Assembly: GCA_964016885.1 (NCBI GenBank)
Contig: OZ024753.1
Span: forward strand, 46,314,001-46,378,000
Direction of reading: 5' to 3'
DNA length: 64,000 bases
DNA from: Eledone cirrhosa
Lineage: Eukaryota
Part shown: in pieces, positions 1-14,523 of the stretch
Layout of the letters: each line of letters starts with the position of its first letter
Position numbering within the stretch: position 1 is the stretch's first letter
Made by a program: the position numbers and the translations under genes
The notes under the pieces: model-generated
Databases searched by the model: none
What the model was told of the DNA's origin: nothing
The model's input: only the letters and a program-made list of their open reading frames with translations

Positions 1-359
1 TGTTGTTGTTATCCCAAGTGTCAAAACCGTCCATTTCGATTTCCTCTTGTCATACCTTAACATCCGCCCCACAACTTAATCTGTCTTGTAGATCTTCCCT
101 TTAGCTTCTCGTAGCTTCACGTAGCTTCTCGTACATCTTATACGTCATCACTAGCTGTCCGTTCATCCTTACATCACTATCGGGAAAAATTATTTCCGCC
201 TTAACTGATACACAGACAGAATAACCGACAGCATACATGATGTAGAAATGGCACACAAACACATCCACATACTCTTATACACAAGCGCGAACACAGAAAC
301 ACACGCAACACACAAGGAGATATATCAGCACATAGATATAGACAAAAACCCACTTCTAC

Positions 360-426
<67 letters not shown>

Positions 427-2507
427 AGCACTCATACACACACATATGCACAAATATAAAACACCAAAATATTGTGATATATAAATATACGCACATAAAA
501 ACGTACAAACACACAAGCAACAGTGGCACCAACACTCTCTATGTACTTCTCCCCTATCTCTCTCCCTTTATCGTCCTCTCGTTCTCTCTCGCTTTGTCTC
601 TATGTGTATTCCTCTATGTTTATGTATATGTATCTGTATATGTTTGTGTATATGTATGTGTACATCATAAGTCTCAATATCTATCTTCCTGCTTAATTGA
701 ACAACATGCCTACGGAAATCCATCCACCTATAGATAACTATATATATGTGTGTGTGTATATATATGTGGGCGGATATATATGTGTGTACGTGAGTGTGTA
801 AATATATATATATATATATGTGCACAGCACTAATTACTGTATGTAATAGCTGCGTTTCTCCAATCATTATAACTGTGGTCTCATATTCGCCATAGAAACG
901 AGTCAACAAGAATAGTAGTAAATCCTGTTGTTTTCTTTAGATTCAGTTTATATGATGCAAAGATCCATTTAATGGATGCAGATGCGAGAGTATAAAGCAA
1001 GAATGTAAAGATGGGAACAATATATATATATATACAAACATATATATATATAATGTTTGGTAAGAACTTGGTAGAAATATCCAAGGTAGAGAGCAACTCG
1101 AGTCCGGAGGGCGATTTTTAATATAATTATTAAAGTCAGTTACTACAATAGAGCCAAACCAAGAAGGTACGTTTCGTTGGTCTGAAAGTGAACAGGAAAT
1201 TATATATATATTTCATTTTTTATCTTTTTCTTTTGTTGTATTTTTGTTCATATATTTTATCCATTTTCCTTATTTTGATGTTAATAAGATTCTCTCAAAA
1301 ATATAGTAGATTGGCAGAATTAGTAGTCTCGTGTAAAATCCTACCTGGAGCTGTTCCTTGGAGGATGGCTTTGATCAATCCATCAGATCATAATCACGTA
1401 ACTATACTATCTTAATTTTATTTACCTTACAGTAATTAACAGGTCTTTGTAGTTGCTCACGTGTCTAATTGCCGTGCGAATGCTTTCAGAAAGAAGGCTG
1501 CAAAGGAATCCCTGAATCTAGTAGAAGTGTGAAAGAATTTAGTACCAATCTTTACATTGGCAATAGAGGCATGCGTATATAGGGAAAGGGCTAGAGCCTT
1601 TTACATAACTGGTATGGATCAAGAAGCAGTGTCAATCTTGGTAGCCAATTAACAGAATTTGTAGAGTGAGAAGATTTAAAGATTGTGAAGAATTTAGATC
1701 AATATTTATATTTCTTCTGCCATTGCAGCACTCTTCCTGTTTCATATTAACGAACGAATTTTATGATGAGATATATTTAATATTTAAAATATGTGTTAAA
1801 GAAATAGAAAAGATACAAAAGAATAGAAAAGTGACAAATAAGAAGAGGAACAAAGGTATAATATATTGCGAGATGAATTTCGCTGTTTATAAAATTGACA
1901 GCAAATATTTATCAAACATTCAGCCTTAGAGGATAAAATTAGTTTAACAAACATTTCTGTAGTAGGAATTCATCGGAAAAATAACATTTTATAATGAAAT
2001 GAAAATATAAATTTTAATTAAAAAAATAAATAGAATTCTCTACATTTGGAATTACCGTTTTGGTGTGGCGGACCTAATTCTTACGCAGAGAAACAAACAA
2101 ACAAGCAAACAAAACCAAAAAATAAATATATATAAAGAAAAATAGTATAAAACAGTACAGAAATGTTGTAATGAAGATGGCAGGCATAAATATTATTACT
2201 TCTGACGAGATATTGAAAATACTAAAAAAAAAAAATCAACAAAAAATATTGCTAGCTAAAATCATCGTCTAACATGGTTATTGAGAGAAATGCTTTAGTG
2301 TCTAGAGCAAAAGTAAATGTAAATGAAAAAAATGAAAACCAAAACCAAACAATATGCAATAAGAGTATAAAGAATATTAATGTTGACATACTCAAAAGTC
2401 AGAAACTATAATGCATTTTGCATTAGACAAGCCAATAGCAATTTCGGACTGCAATAGCAAGAAGATATAATGCTATTATTATCAGTATTATTTAGGGCAA
2501 TGGATCT

Positions 2508-2935
2508 GTGGCATCGGTAGAGCGTCGAACAACATGCTTTGTGGTATGAAGTTATGGTCCTTTGCGTTCTGAATTTAAATACCACCGAGGTTAGCTTTGA
2601 ATTTTATCATTAGGGGTTCAATAAATAAAGTACCAGTAATGTTCTGAGGGTGATTTAATGAACTATTCACACCCCACAAAAATTGTTGGCCTCATGGCTA
2701 AATCAGAAACCTTTATTTAGTGCAATAGATTCGTGGCATCGGTAGAGCGTCGGGAAAATGCTTTGCGCTATTTAGTTACAGGTTTCTATGTCCAAAGTTA
2801 AAATCCTGCCGAAATCAACTTTACAATTCATCGTTCATGGTTCGACAAAAGAAAATATCAGTTAAATACTGGGGTTTATATAACTAACATTCCTTTTCTG
2901 CCAAATTGCTGGCCTTACGCCAATCTTAGAAATAA
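2508..2935 (+). mobile_element. Two older tandem SINE family A copies
   Basis: Both start gtggcatcggtagagcgtcg (2508, ~2734) and retain degenerate central and tail motifs. Confidence 0.7.
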
Positions 2936-3107
2936 TAATTATTACTGTTGTTATTAATATGACACTCTATGGCCAAAATTGCTCGGCAACGACAGACTAC
3001 TCTGCTAATACATATATATATATATATATATCCGTGAGCTTCCAACAGTAATGGTCGCATTCTTTAAGGGTATGTCAATATTTATTTATAAAATTGCTCT
3101 ATATTAT

Positions 3108-3165
3108 ATTTTATCTGATGAAAGCACACCATAATTTAACTTGGTGTCCTTGAAATATGTATAAT
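3108..3165 (+). ncRNA. Hammerhead relic in a ~180-bp island between (TA)n tracts
   Basis: CTGATGA-AAG-c-ACACCA...TGGTGT-c-CTT-GAAA-TATG-TA, then AATAAA; stem I weak. Confidence 0.55.
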
Positions 3166-3210
3166 GAAATAAATATGGTTTTATAAATATAGTTTCCATT
3201 TGTTAATATC

Positions 3211-3257
<47 letters not shown>

Positions 3258-3313
3258 CATTATTTATATATATAATATATATATATACATTATATATATA
3301 TATATATATATAC

Positions 3314-3386
<73 letters not shown>

Positions 3387-3412
3387 ATATATATATACAT
3401 ACAGTATATATA

Positions 3413-3502
3413 TATATATGCAGATTAATCCGAATCATAGACTTTCATACTATATACACATACAGTATGAAAGTCTATGATTCGGATTAATCTGCATATA
3501 TG
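3413..3502. repeat. Perfect hairpin, about 38-bp arms, next to (TA)n
   Basis: tgcagattaatccgaatcatagactttcatact / agtatgaaagtctatgattcggattaatctgca. Confidence 0.95.
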
Positions 3503-4371
3503 TATGCGTGTGGGCGTCTGTGTGTCTGTTTGTATACACTCATAAGCACATACGTTCATAAATACATATATAGATAGATACATACACACATACATACGTA
3601 GATACATACACTCATACATAGGTAGGTACACACATATGTGCAGGTGTATATACCATAATGATATATCATTAGTGACAATTTATTAGTATATTTATGTATA
3701 AGGAAATAATAAAAGAGAAGCATGTGTTTCTAGCGTTTGTAATTGAATCTCTGTAAATATAAAATGGATGACGGGTGTAATGTCGTTGACTACTTTACAT
3801 ATTGATTATGGCTACCATTTTATTTTATACATACAACCTCTCCAAATATATGATAGAAGCACTACATAGCTAGAAATGACATATTTATTACTCCAAGTTC
3901 ACGATTACTCAGGTGTAGTGTGTGATTTATGTATTGATCTTCTCAGATATTCACATATCTGGGGTTTTTATGAGTTTTTAAAAATATTTTTTTGCATCAG
4001 TATTTGGTTAAAGGTGTTGAGAACACATCCTCTTCTTCGTCATTTTGAGCATTTATATATACACATATATACAGGCACACATACACCCCCACATATATAT
4101 TTTCTTTATATATTATTTTTTGCGAAAAAATATGGCAATGACTTCGCGGTTTCGGCGATGATGTTATTTCTAAAAGAAGTAAATATTTGAATGTTCTAGT
4201 TATGCTTCTACGTAAAATAGATATTTAACTTATGTGTGTGTGTGTGTCCGAAACTGGATACCAACCCTGAGTACACCTGAACTTCCACCAGGAAATCTTC
4301 CGTATCATTGAAATTTTCTTTGCTTCTTATATATATATTAATTAATTAATTAAAATGTTATTAGTCTCTAT

Positions 4372-4554
4372 GGATTGGCAGTATCGGTAGAGGGTCGGAC
4401 GCCATGCTTTCCAGCATAGTTACGTCCCTTTACGATCTGAGTTCAAATCCCGCCGAGGTTGACTTGCCTTTCATCCTTACAGGGTCGATAAAATAAAGTA
4501 CCAGTAATGCACTGGGTAATTGCTGGCCTGGTGCCTAAAGTAGAAACAGTTATT
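4372..4554 (+). mobile_element. tRNA-derived SINE family A, full length
   Basis: A-box-like tggcagtatcggtag, B-box gagttcaaatcc, central gcctttcatcc...gtcgataaaataaagtaccag, tail ggcctggtgcctaaagtagaaac. Confidence 0.85.
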
Positions 4555-4860
4555 AGTCTCTAATACTTGACTGGTATATTTAAGACGATATAACCTATTG
4601 TATACTTATATTCCTTTAAGACTGAAAGGTATGCTATGAAGGAAATGATTGCTGCAATGAGATTCTCACAGTTTGAACGGTTACTGAGAAACTCAGTTCC
4701 ATTGTTGAACTGCGAGAGATGTTTATATAAATAAATTATATATGTTTAAACGTTAGAACGATGTGTTTAGGAAAATCTTTCATTTCTTGGCAGAAGAATA
4801 TAAATCTCGGAGTAAATTTCATTAAAAATAAAGAGTGAATTTTACTTTCTCTTTCTACAG

Positions 4861-4903
4861 ATTCATTGATGATGTAGCTCCAATCTTCATTGGAACATGG
4901 CAG
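4861..4903 (+). other. Possible small host exon
   Basis: Preceded by a pyrimidine tract (tactttctctttctacag) and followed by cag|gt; open frame FIDDVAPIFIGTWQ. No partner exons identified. Confidence 0.2.
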
Positions 4904-5356
4904 GTGTTTTTAGATAAAATGTATACGTTTACTCGTTAAGGGGAAAATATATTTAGTAAATATGTGGGCAAGGGAGATTTTACTTGACGTGGTAGTTATG
5001 TTTATTTAGTTATTTAGTGAAGGTGTAAGGAAAATTCCTAAGATACATTAGAAAAGTTTCGCATTTAGAGCAATAACGATTTGTATCAACTTTAATGAAA
5101 TGGTAATATTTAAAGCAATGTCTTTAAACATTCCAATGAAATTCCATTGTTGGGGGTAATAAATTAATAAATAGTAATTTACTTGAACTCTCTTTAACCA
5201 GAATAACTGATGAGGTTACAAGCTGCAACAATTTCCATAAACACCGACAGAGATTTTAAGATCTCAGGCAAATTTCAATAGTTGAAGCTTACAGCATTTA
5301 CTAAGAATATTACAATTCCAATTTACAGAGTTGTTTTAAAAATTAGGCCTCTCGTA

Positions 5357-5536
<180 letters not shown>

Positions 5537-5639
5537 GGTGTGTGTAAAAGGTAAACTGAAATACCAAAAATAACCAAACAAACACCACAGTACGTGGAAG
5601 AAATATATTAGTTTAACTCTTGAAATAGCAGGAAGAGAG

Positions 5640-5675
5640 TCTTAACGTTTCGGACACAAGTCGTTCATCAGAAGA
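5640..5675 (-). ncRNA. Minimal hammerhead relic
   Basis: Minus strand: tctt-CTGATGA-ACGA-cttgtg-TCC-GAAA-CG-TT-aaga. Palindrome AACGTT; stem II has a mismatch. Confidence 0.55.
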
Positions 5676-5901
5676 TAGAATTAGAAATAGAATATAAATG
5701 TGTGTGTGTTGTTTGTTTGTGATTGTGTGTGGGGAGATGTATTGATTTCTACGCGACAATGTTTGAAGATATAAGTATTTACTTCTCTCTCTCTCTGGGG
5801 TTCTCTCTCCATCTAACTTTCTTTCTTCCTTTCTCTGTCCCTTTTTCTCTTTACCTTCCTTCTCTCTCTGTCGTTGCTCCCTTAACCACCCTCACTCTCC
5901 G

Positions 5902-5952
<51 letters not shown>

Positions 5953-6248
5953 CCCTTTCTCTCTCCCTCTCTCTTCTGCTATCTTAAACAACCAATGTGT
6001 TCAGGCAAGAACCAAACTTATTTTCACCAAGCTCCGACTATTTTCTGAGATAATCAAATGATGTCTTAGGAATGTACACAACAAAATGGAGGCTGTCAGA
6101 ATCAAATATTTAATGACAGCTGTAATTTGATACAGTTTCTATCTATGCCTTTCAGACACGTATATGACAAGACGATGTGCTTATCTAGATGGCTGTTAGG
6201 TAGACACATACACACATATACATACATTCATACTTGCATATATATATA

Positions 6249-6435
<187 letters not shown>

Positions 6436-8647
6436 AGTAAATATGCAGGTAGTTAAGTAGATATAAATATATGTTCTTCTATCAACACCTTACATGAAGA
6501 ATATCAACATTATAGAAATCGGTCGGTGAAAATAATATATTCGTATTCTTGCAATAGAGAATAAAACAACTAAATTTATTCACTGGAAATCATTGAGAAA
6601 ATAAATGACATTTACGTAAATGTCAACAAGTGAATGGAATGGAACCGAACTATTTAGAATACTTTAAATTTGTTCAGTGAAATATGTATGGTATTTACAG
6701 TCGTCAATTGAAGAAGGTTACAATCTATCCAAGCTCTTCTTTTAAAGACAATAAGTCCGTCTTTCGGACAAATACATCATAGCAAAAAATGGCATTTCTT
6801 TTTCCACATGAGTTGATGATATAATACATTCCTTTTGTAGGGAAACGGAAAGTGGATAAGTGTCTTTATAGTTTTAGTTGGCGACTTATATCTGGCAAAT
6901 CGAATGTAAAATAAAAAGAGATTCTTTATTACAGTGAAGTATTTAGAATTGATGCTTAACAATAAATGAAGATAAGAGATACAATGACAAAAGGGAATAA
7001 TTTTATCTGAAATCGCATGCAACAAAAGCGACGACATTTTAAATCCATGGTAACTACACGCACCGTTATAAGAACGAAACTGTAAGTTGGTATGTTGGCT
7101 TCTCAATGACTTGCTGATTAATCAATGGCAAATCTATAATTGGTGCAAGAGAGAAACAGCGATAGAATAATAGAATATTTGTGCATATAGAAACTAAAAA
7201 GCTGTATCATCATTTGATACTCAAAAACATTCGCTGTCTGTCGTTATAATTCTCAAAGATATGACGCATCATTTTAAGCTGCGGTTTACATATTGTAATC
7301 TTTGATTAGTTACTGAGAGATGTAGCAAATAAACTTCATTGAAACGATATGTCGCCTATGCTCCTATTTCTCATATCTTACTTAGAAATAGGATGCAATC
7401 CTTCCTATTATTTATTGGATTGACAATGGATAAATAAGTTTAGTCAATACAATATCATCATTGCATAGGTTTGTTAATATAAGTAACAGTCATTCTACAC
7501 TCAGTAAACAACCGATATGATGTAAGTATAATGTACACATAGACGTTGTGTAATAAATGGCTTCCATCAGTGTCGACGATGATTGTTCAAGATTAGCTGA
7601 GTATTCTACAAAACAATGTGTCGTCTTAACATGCCTCCCTCGTAGGATGTGCTATTTACATGGCCTCCACAAGTGACTGAACTTTCTAACACAAAACACT
7701 TTACAGTCTGTACTAGATGCATTATATTCTGGCACCAGCACTACCTATATAAAGAGAGAATTTCACATATATAAACTTACAAAATCTCCCCTCACATATG
7801 TTGAGTGTGGGTGAGTTGCGTTTGGGTGTGTGTTTTTTACGCATGTGTGTGGGGATGTCATTGGTTTGTGAGTGTATAGACGATCGAACATATGTACGTT
7901 TGGTATATCTCTACTTTGAACGAATGTTCTTCGATGAAGTCTGTCTTCTGTTTTAGTTTATCGCCAAAAAAATCAAATTTATTTTAATATTTCTCACTAA
8001 TTGTATCGAACGTTATCATTGTTCCTGAAAATTGTCTGTGAAAATAGAAGAGAAATACAAATTTACAGTTTTATTAGTAAAATACAAATATATCCCTGAT
8101 ATCAAATACACAATGTTAATAGTTTAGCGACAGTGTGTAGGTGTTGTTGTTGTTGTTTCAATACAACAATATGGAGAAGGAAAGAAAGAAGTTGTATTGA
8201 GATAAAACTAGTTATTAATGTCTGAACTATTCATGAATGTTAGAGATATAATACATCTGAGAGACGACATGTATATACACATACACATGCTTATATACAC
8301 ACATACATGAATATATACATAAACACACACACACACGGTTATATTCATAGACACACACGCTTATGTACATAAAAACATACATGCTTATGTTCATTGACAC
8401 ACATACATGATTATATACACAGACACACACATGATCATATACATAGACACACATACACACGCTTATATACGCATACACAAAGAAAATCACACGCACATTC
8501 ATTTATATCAATGTTTATATATATTATTTGTTTGATAAAATTATTAAATTAAATTAATTCAACAGTTAAACACACATAGGTATAATAAGATTGTTACCAA
8601 AGAGCCAGAAGATTGACAAGTCGACACTAAATATTACTAATATCTCT

Positions 8648-9300
8648 AGGAAAGCCATGAACGAAACCCCATCTTTTTAACTTTGATTTTGAAAGTAGGT
8701 TTATAATTATCAATTTTCATTATACTTTTGTAGCTGAAGTTCGATCCTGGTCGGGCGAACGGGTCCCGGTAAACCTTTTTCAGTTTTCATTTTACATCCC
8801 ATAGAAAAAAAAAGATTACATATATATCTTGACCAGGATTGAACCCAAATCCAGGATCTCCACCGTCTCTCGTATCTACCACTAGGCTACTGAGACAACT
8901 ACGAAAATCTTATGAAAATTCATACTTATAAACCTACTTTCAAAATTTTCAAAACTAAAGGAAAGCCATGAATGACACCGCATCTTTTAAACTTTGATTT
9001 TGAAAGTAGGTTTATAATTATTAATTTTCATTATACTTTTGTAGCTGTCTTGGTGGCCGAGTTGGAGGAAGCATGGACTGTGGTGATCCTGGTCTGAAGT
9101 TCGATCCTGGTCGGAGTAGGGTTCTCGGTAAACCTTTACAGTTTTTTTTTCTATGGGATGTAAAAGAGATTACATGTATCTCTTGACCAGGATTGAACCC
9201 AAGACAAGGATCTCCACCATCTCTAGCACCTACCGCTCGGCCACTGAGACAGCTACGAAAATCTTATGAAAATAAGGACTTATAAACCTACTTTCAAAAT
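8648..9300. mobile_element. Two tandem (~311-bp period) fold-back units with tRNA-like arms
   Basis: Outer TIR attttgaaagtaggtttataa/ttataaacctactttcaaaat. Inner gtagctgtcttggtggccgag/ctcggccactgagacagctac. B-box-like gttcgatcc on + and gttcaatcc on -. Confidence 0.75.
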
Positions 9301-9395
9301 TTTCAAAATAAAGCGTTGTGGTACATTCATGTCTTTCTCAATGTTATTGTTCCTACTGAAGGTCGACTTCTAAATCATTTGGGTGTTGTATAAAC

Positions 9396-9878
9396 CTGTA
9401 GAAGATATTCTTTATGGATTTGGAAGAGAAGAGTTGATTCAGCTATGCCATACAGAATGATCTTAGAAACTGTCCTACAAAATATCTGGGCCATCGAAAT
9501 ACTAAAACATCAAGTTCCAGTTGTTGTCTTCCTCTTTCTTCTACAACAACTACAACGGTACGCGATGGGGCCCACGCACAGCCCCGGCGGACAGAATGGA
9601 GAAGGCGTTTCCCCGGAGGACGGCAAGGGAGGCGCGCTGGAACAGCCACTCCAACTCGCGGGGCTCACACCTGCGGCTGGTCAGCTCAGTGTCTATGGTG
9701 GTGAGTAAGGATGTAGCCCTGGGGCCGAGGACACCAGCAGTCTCCACTGCCAGGGGTACGACCGCAAACCTGTCGGAGAGCGACCGGTATTTGAGGAGTT
9801 TGGCCCCCTCAGCCTGACGTGCAGCAGAACCTGGTTCAGTCGCAGACTGCACCAGGTTGCGGCTGCAGAAAGTGTCGG
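9396..9878 (-). mobile_element. 3' fragment of CRE-like non-LTR retrotransposon (restriction-like endonuclease C-terminus)
   Basis: ORF 9550-9852: AARQAEGAKLLKY..F.VVPLAVETAGVLG..WLFQRASLAVLRGNA. Flanked by TAAAC duplication (9391-95, 9879-83) relative to the empty site near 46406. Confidence 0.75.
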
Positions 9879-10214
9879 TAAACTACATCCTCGTTTTGTT
9901 TCTCATCTATCTAGACCATGTTTCATTTCTGTTGCACCTCATTTCTCTCTCTCTCTCTCTCTGTGATATTTGAATCTACTGATTTAGGCTTATCTTCTTC
10001 GTATATATGTTTTTGCATATCAGTTAGATTGGCATTATATATATTTATGTATATTATAATTATATACACATGCATGTATGTATTTATATATATATATATA
10101 TATATAAATTGAAGTATATACACGTATTTATACACACACACACATATACACATTTGAATATCTATCTTAAAGAAAAAGGCTATACAATCAAACAGGTCAG
10201 TGTTTATAACTTGT

Positions 10215-10430
10215 TTCAATTTTTTTACGGGCTTAAGCAAGTGTGTATACAATGTCAGTCCCTTGGACAGGACGCCAGTACGTTGCAGGATTTAACCCGG
10301 AGATAATACTGGCACTCAGCTAAGTGTACTGGAGTAGCGTGAAGTAAAGCACGCAACCTGGTTTGGGAATCGAACCCAGACTATAATGTTCCTAACTCGA
10401 CACCTTAACCAGTAGGTTAAGGGCCTTCAT
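10215..10430 (-). mobile_element. SINE family B relic
   Basis: Minus strand ggttcgattccc B-box and ctggcgtcctgtccaaggg core. Confidence 0.55.
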
Positions 10431-10463
10431 GACCAGGGCCAATACTGGCCGAAAACTATCAAA

Positions 10464-10505
<42 letters not shown>

Positions 10506-10736
10506 TGTCTGGTATCCATGTTCATTAAAAAATGTATTTATCTCTGAAATACTGTCGAACATATATAATAAACAAGAGTAGAGCATACGTGACAATAATC
10601 TCTTATTAATAATAGCAGATAACACAGTATATCAACTATAGTAAGGAAGAGGAGCTTGCCTTCCTACCTAGTAATTACATGGAAAATATTCTATAGACAT
10701 ATTTAAAGCTGAGAGAAATTTGTATTTTACTCTATA

Positions 10737-10767
<31 letters not shown>

Positions 10768-11014
10768 GTTGGATTAGCCCTTCCTTTCTTTTGGCTATTG
10801 TATATCTATCTAACTATATATCTAATATTTTACTCTCTCTACCTCTCTTTTACTATATATATATATAATAAATATACATATATATATATAAAATATATAA
10901 ACATATATTTACATCATATATATACACGTATATATATACACACACATATATATATATATAATAAATATACATATATATATAATATATAAACATATATATA
11001 TTTACATCATTATA

Positions 11015-11047
11015 TTACGTTCTTTGTTATCCTTAACTTTCTGAGTA

Positions 11048-11089
<42 letters not shown>

Positions 11090-11124
11090 TTTACTCAGAA
11101 AGTTAAGGATAATAATGAACGTAA
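11015..11124. repeat. Inverted repeat whose spacer is a (TA)n tract
   Basis: ttacgttctttgttatccttaactttctgagtaaat-(TA)n-atttactcagaaagttaaggataataatgaacgtaa. Confidence 0.9.
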
Positions 11125-12096
11125 CATTATTATGGCTCTTTAGAGATTTGTGTGTGTGGGAGGGGGGGGAAGTTATGGTGAACCGGAGAACAGGCTTGAA
11201 TACTTGTAACAGCGTGAACTTCGCTAAAGTCATCCAAGCGTCAAATGAGAATTTTATTCCAAGAGAGGGATTAATTCCACTGCGATGTAGCGGGAGGTAA
11301 ACTCAAAAGGCAAATAGACGAAATAGATAACGCAATGTATGCATGTCGGAGGCTCTAACGATTTTAACATTTAACCAGCTTAGAGATTTAGAGGGGATAT
11401 TGATTGTTTCTGACGTAGGCACACGGCCAACAAACAATTTAGTGAGGAGGGGGTAAGATTATTAAATCTACCCCAATGCATTACAGGTGCTTTATTTTAT
11501 CTTCTCCGTAAGGATGAAACCCAACGATAACCTCAGTGGGATTTGAACACAGAATATAAAGAGGCGTAACTCCATGCCGCAAAGCTTTAAAGGGAAGAAT
11601 AAGAACATCTGAAAAAGTCAAAAATGTTTAGAGAAAAAGAAACAGCTAAATTTATCGGCGACAGGATTTGAACTCAATACATAAAGGCTCGTAACTAAAC
11701 ACTGCAAGGATGTTTGTCCATCATTCTAACTGTTTTACCATCCCAGCATCCTAAAGAGATGCATAATCATGCCATAAAATGAACGGCTTAGAGAAGTAAA
11801 AACATCCACAGGTGAGATACGTTTCTTTATAAAAACTGCTCTCGGCTAAAACCATGATAATCTATTATCACTGCACAGGATTAGTGCTAAGCAACAGGAC
11901 ATAATGGTGAAAAAAAATAGATGCAAAAAAAGAAAGAAAGAATGGAAAAATGACTATGGAATATTGTAATGGCAGACAAAGAATGCTGCGTAAGCAGTAA
12001 AGAATATTAGCTAGCAAGGAGGTTTATCAAATATAGCATATATTGACTGATATTACTGAAAGGTCACGTTTATTGGAATGTGTGTGTATGTGTGTG

Positions 12097-12129
<33 letters not shown>

Positions 12130-12646
12130 GGAGAGAAAGATTTAACCATAAACACACAAACACTCACACATATATGTATGTGTGTGTGTGTGTATATATA
12201 TATATATCAGAATATACATGTGGAATTAAGAATAGAATCTCATAAAGAGAGAAATATGTCTAACAATATTTTAGTTAGAATTATCTGAGGTAGAGTGGAG
12301 AGACTTGCTCTCAGTTGGGCAAATACAGTCACCCAGATCTCATCCGGAGTACTCAACCAGTTCAATTCTCAGACAAGGTTTACCATGTAGTTTTCATGAA
12401 GAATGCGACCGGCGATATTATTCCCTATTCCTTATTACCTTGTACTAATCATTCGCAAATAATTCTATATATTTCACATCTTGGTCAATATTTCTAATAA
12501 TTATCATTAACTGTTGAGATCTAATAATTCAGGAACATGCTCGGAAAGGTCAACCTAGAGCCAAAATAAAACAAATCCAGACATTTTTTAATTTGTCTTC
12601 CTTGCATTTCTCAAATCTGGTGAGGGGAAAATCCGAGACACTACTT

Positions 12647-12682
<36 letters not shown>

Positions 12683-12733
12683 ATTAAATTAAGGGTGTCA
12701 TGTCCGATAAACATGCGCCATATCCACTGTAGT

Positions 12734-12809
<76 letters not shown>

Positions 12810-14523
12810 ACTGATTGTGGTATGGATTCTCATAACTGCCATCGATAATTTTGCTGTCTGGAACGATCGCAAAACTGGACTAATTAACTATTTTCATTTG
12901 ATTATTCTGTCATTGTTTAACATTATAAATATGTCAATACATACACACACACATATATATATATATAAGGAAGGAAGTGTGGTAAGGAACCAGGTGGACC
13001 ATAACGCACCAGAGTACTCGATACTTAGGGTAATAGAGTGGGAAATAAGAAAATGTTCAACATTTTCCTATTATATATATATATTTCTGCCCATTTACTC
13101 TTACGAAGATCGTGTATATATATTTGTCTATATTTATATGTGTTATGTGTGTGAAATAGGTAGATAGATATACATGTGATTCTTTCATCTTCCCTTTTAT
13201 GCAATGCGTCAGACTTCCAAGATTTGAATCCATCTCTTTTTCTCGCCATTGTTCTCCATTTCTGTTATATTTTTACGTTTATTTGTGAAGATTTTTAGAA
13301 AATTCTGTTATTATGAGATAATTTTTTTATACTTTATCATTTCATTTTATAATATTTCTATATGCTGAATAAACCCTAATGTAATTTTAGAAACTAAGAA
13401 AATGTCAAACATATTCACACCATAACAAGTCTTCAACAATAACAAGTACAGTAACAACAAGTGCAGTAACAACAACAAGTACCACAACAGCAATAACAAG
13501 TACAGTACAAAACAACAAGTACAACAACAACAATAAGTACAATTACAACAACAAATACAGTAACAACAATAACTACGACAACAGCAATAACAAGTACAAC
13601 AATGAAACATAAAAGAGAAAAGCAAAAAGCTATGAAAATATAAAAGAAATAATTGGCGTTGTATACGTTATATGAATTATGGGATATTTTATTGCAGATG
13701 TTTGAATGTGTTAAGTTATGAAAAGGAAATTCTTGTCAAAAATATTTAAGACTGACGTTGCAACATTTTAATCTGATAGTATTTCTATTTTTCTCATTTC
13801 TACACCCTTTCTCTTTATATTCCTATTAATTCATATATGTATATATATAAACATATATATGTGTGTGTTTGTGAGAGAGGGAGTGGATGTGTGTGAATGT
13901 GCGTGTGCATGTTTTTATGTGTGTTTATATATATATATGAGTGTGTATGTGTGTATACATATTCATACGTATGTCTTTCTTGCTTCCTATCTCCAGTTCC
14001 TTTCGCTCTCCCAACTTTTCTTTGGTTCCCAAGAATTAACACAGTCGATGTATTCAGCAATGAACAGTTTCTCCCTTCCAGTTCTCACAATTCAACTTCG
14101 TTTTAATAACCAACAAAACTGGAGAGAGGGGAAGATATGCAATACAACAAGCATCCTTCAAACAAAAAATGGACATTACTACCAGGCAAGTTCAAGTTCT
14201 GGTGCATGCAGTTTGCACCTTACCCATACGGGCCCCTATTAAAATGCCAATTTTTTCCTTGATGAGGGCTTATTGGTCTGTAATTAGATTGTTTTCTATA
14301 ACCAAAATACGGCGAAAGCTTCTATTTTAATGACCATATAACACATATATATATACGGGGTAACAAATAATAGTTAAATGCAGTCCACTTAGGTATAGTC
14401 CAGTTATGGTATTCCAGGTAGTGGATGATATCAACGCTTGGCTTGGTTTGACTCAACAAGGCGTTTTCATAGTGATGCTGCGGGTATGCTGTAATTCCTA
14501 TGTTGTAAACACTTGGAGTAATA

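Noticed and set aside
7300-7360. CTGAGA-GATG...CATT-GAAACGATATGTC
   Set aside because: The core has a deletion and there is no stem I.
9041-9115. Possible tRNA gene
   Set aside because: A/B boxes are present but no convincing cloverleaf, and it is embedded in a repeated element.
10518-10562. atgttc...GAAATACTGTC-gaacat
   Set aside because: Stem I is good but the core and stem II are too degenerate to call.
14257-14325. TTGATGAG...CGAAAGCTTC hammerhead-like motif
   Set aside because: Stem I is not formed and stem II is poor; at most a relic.
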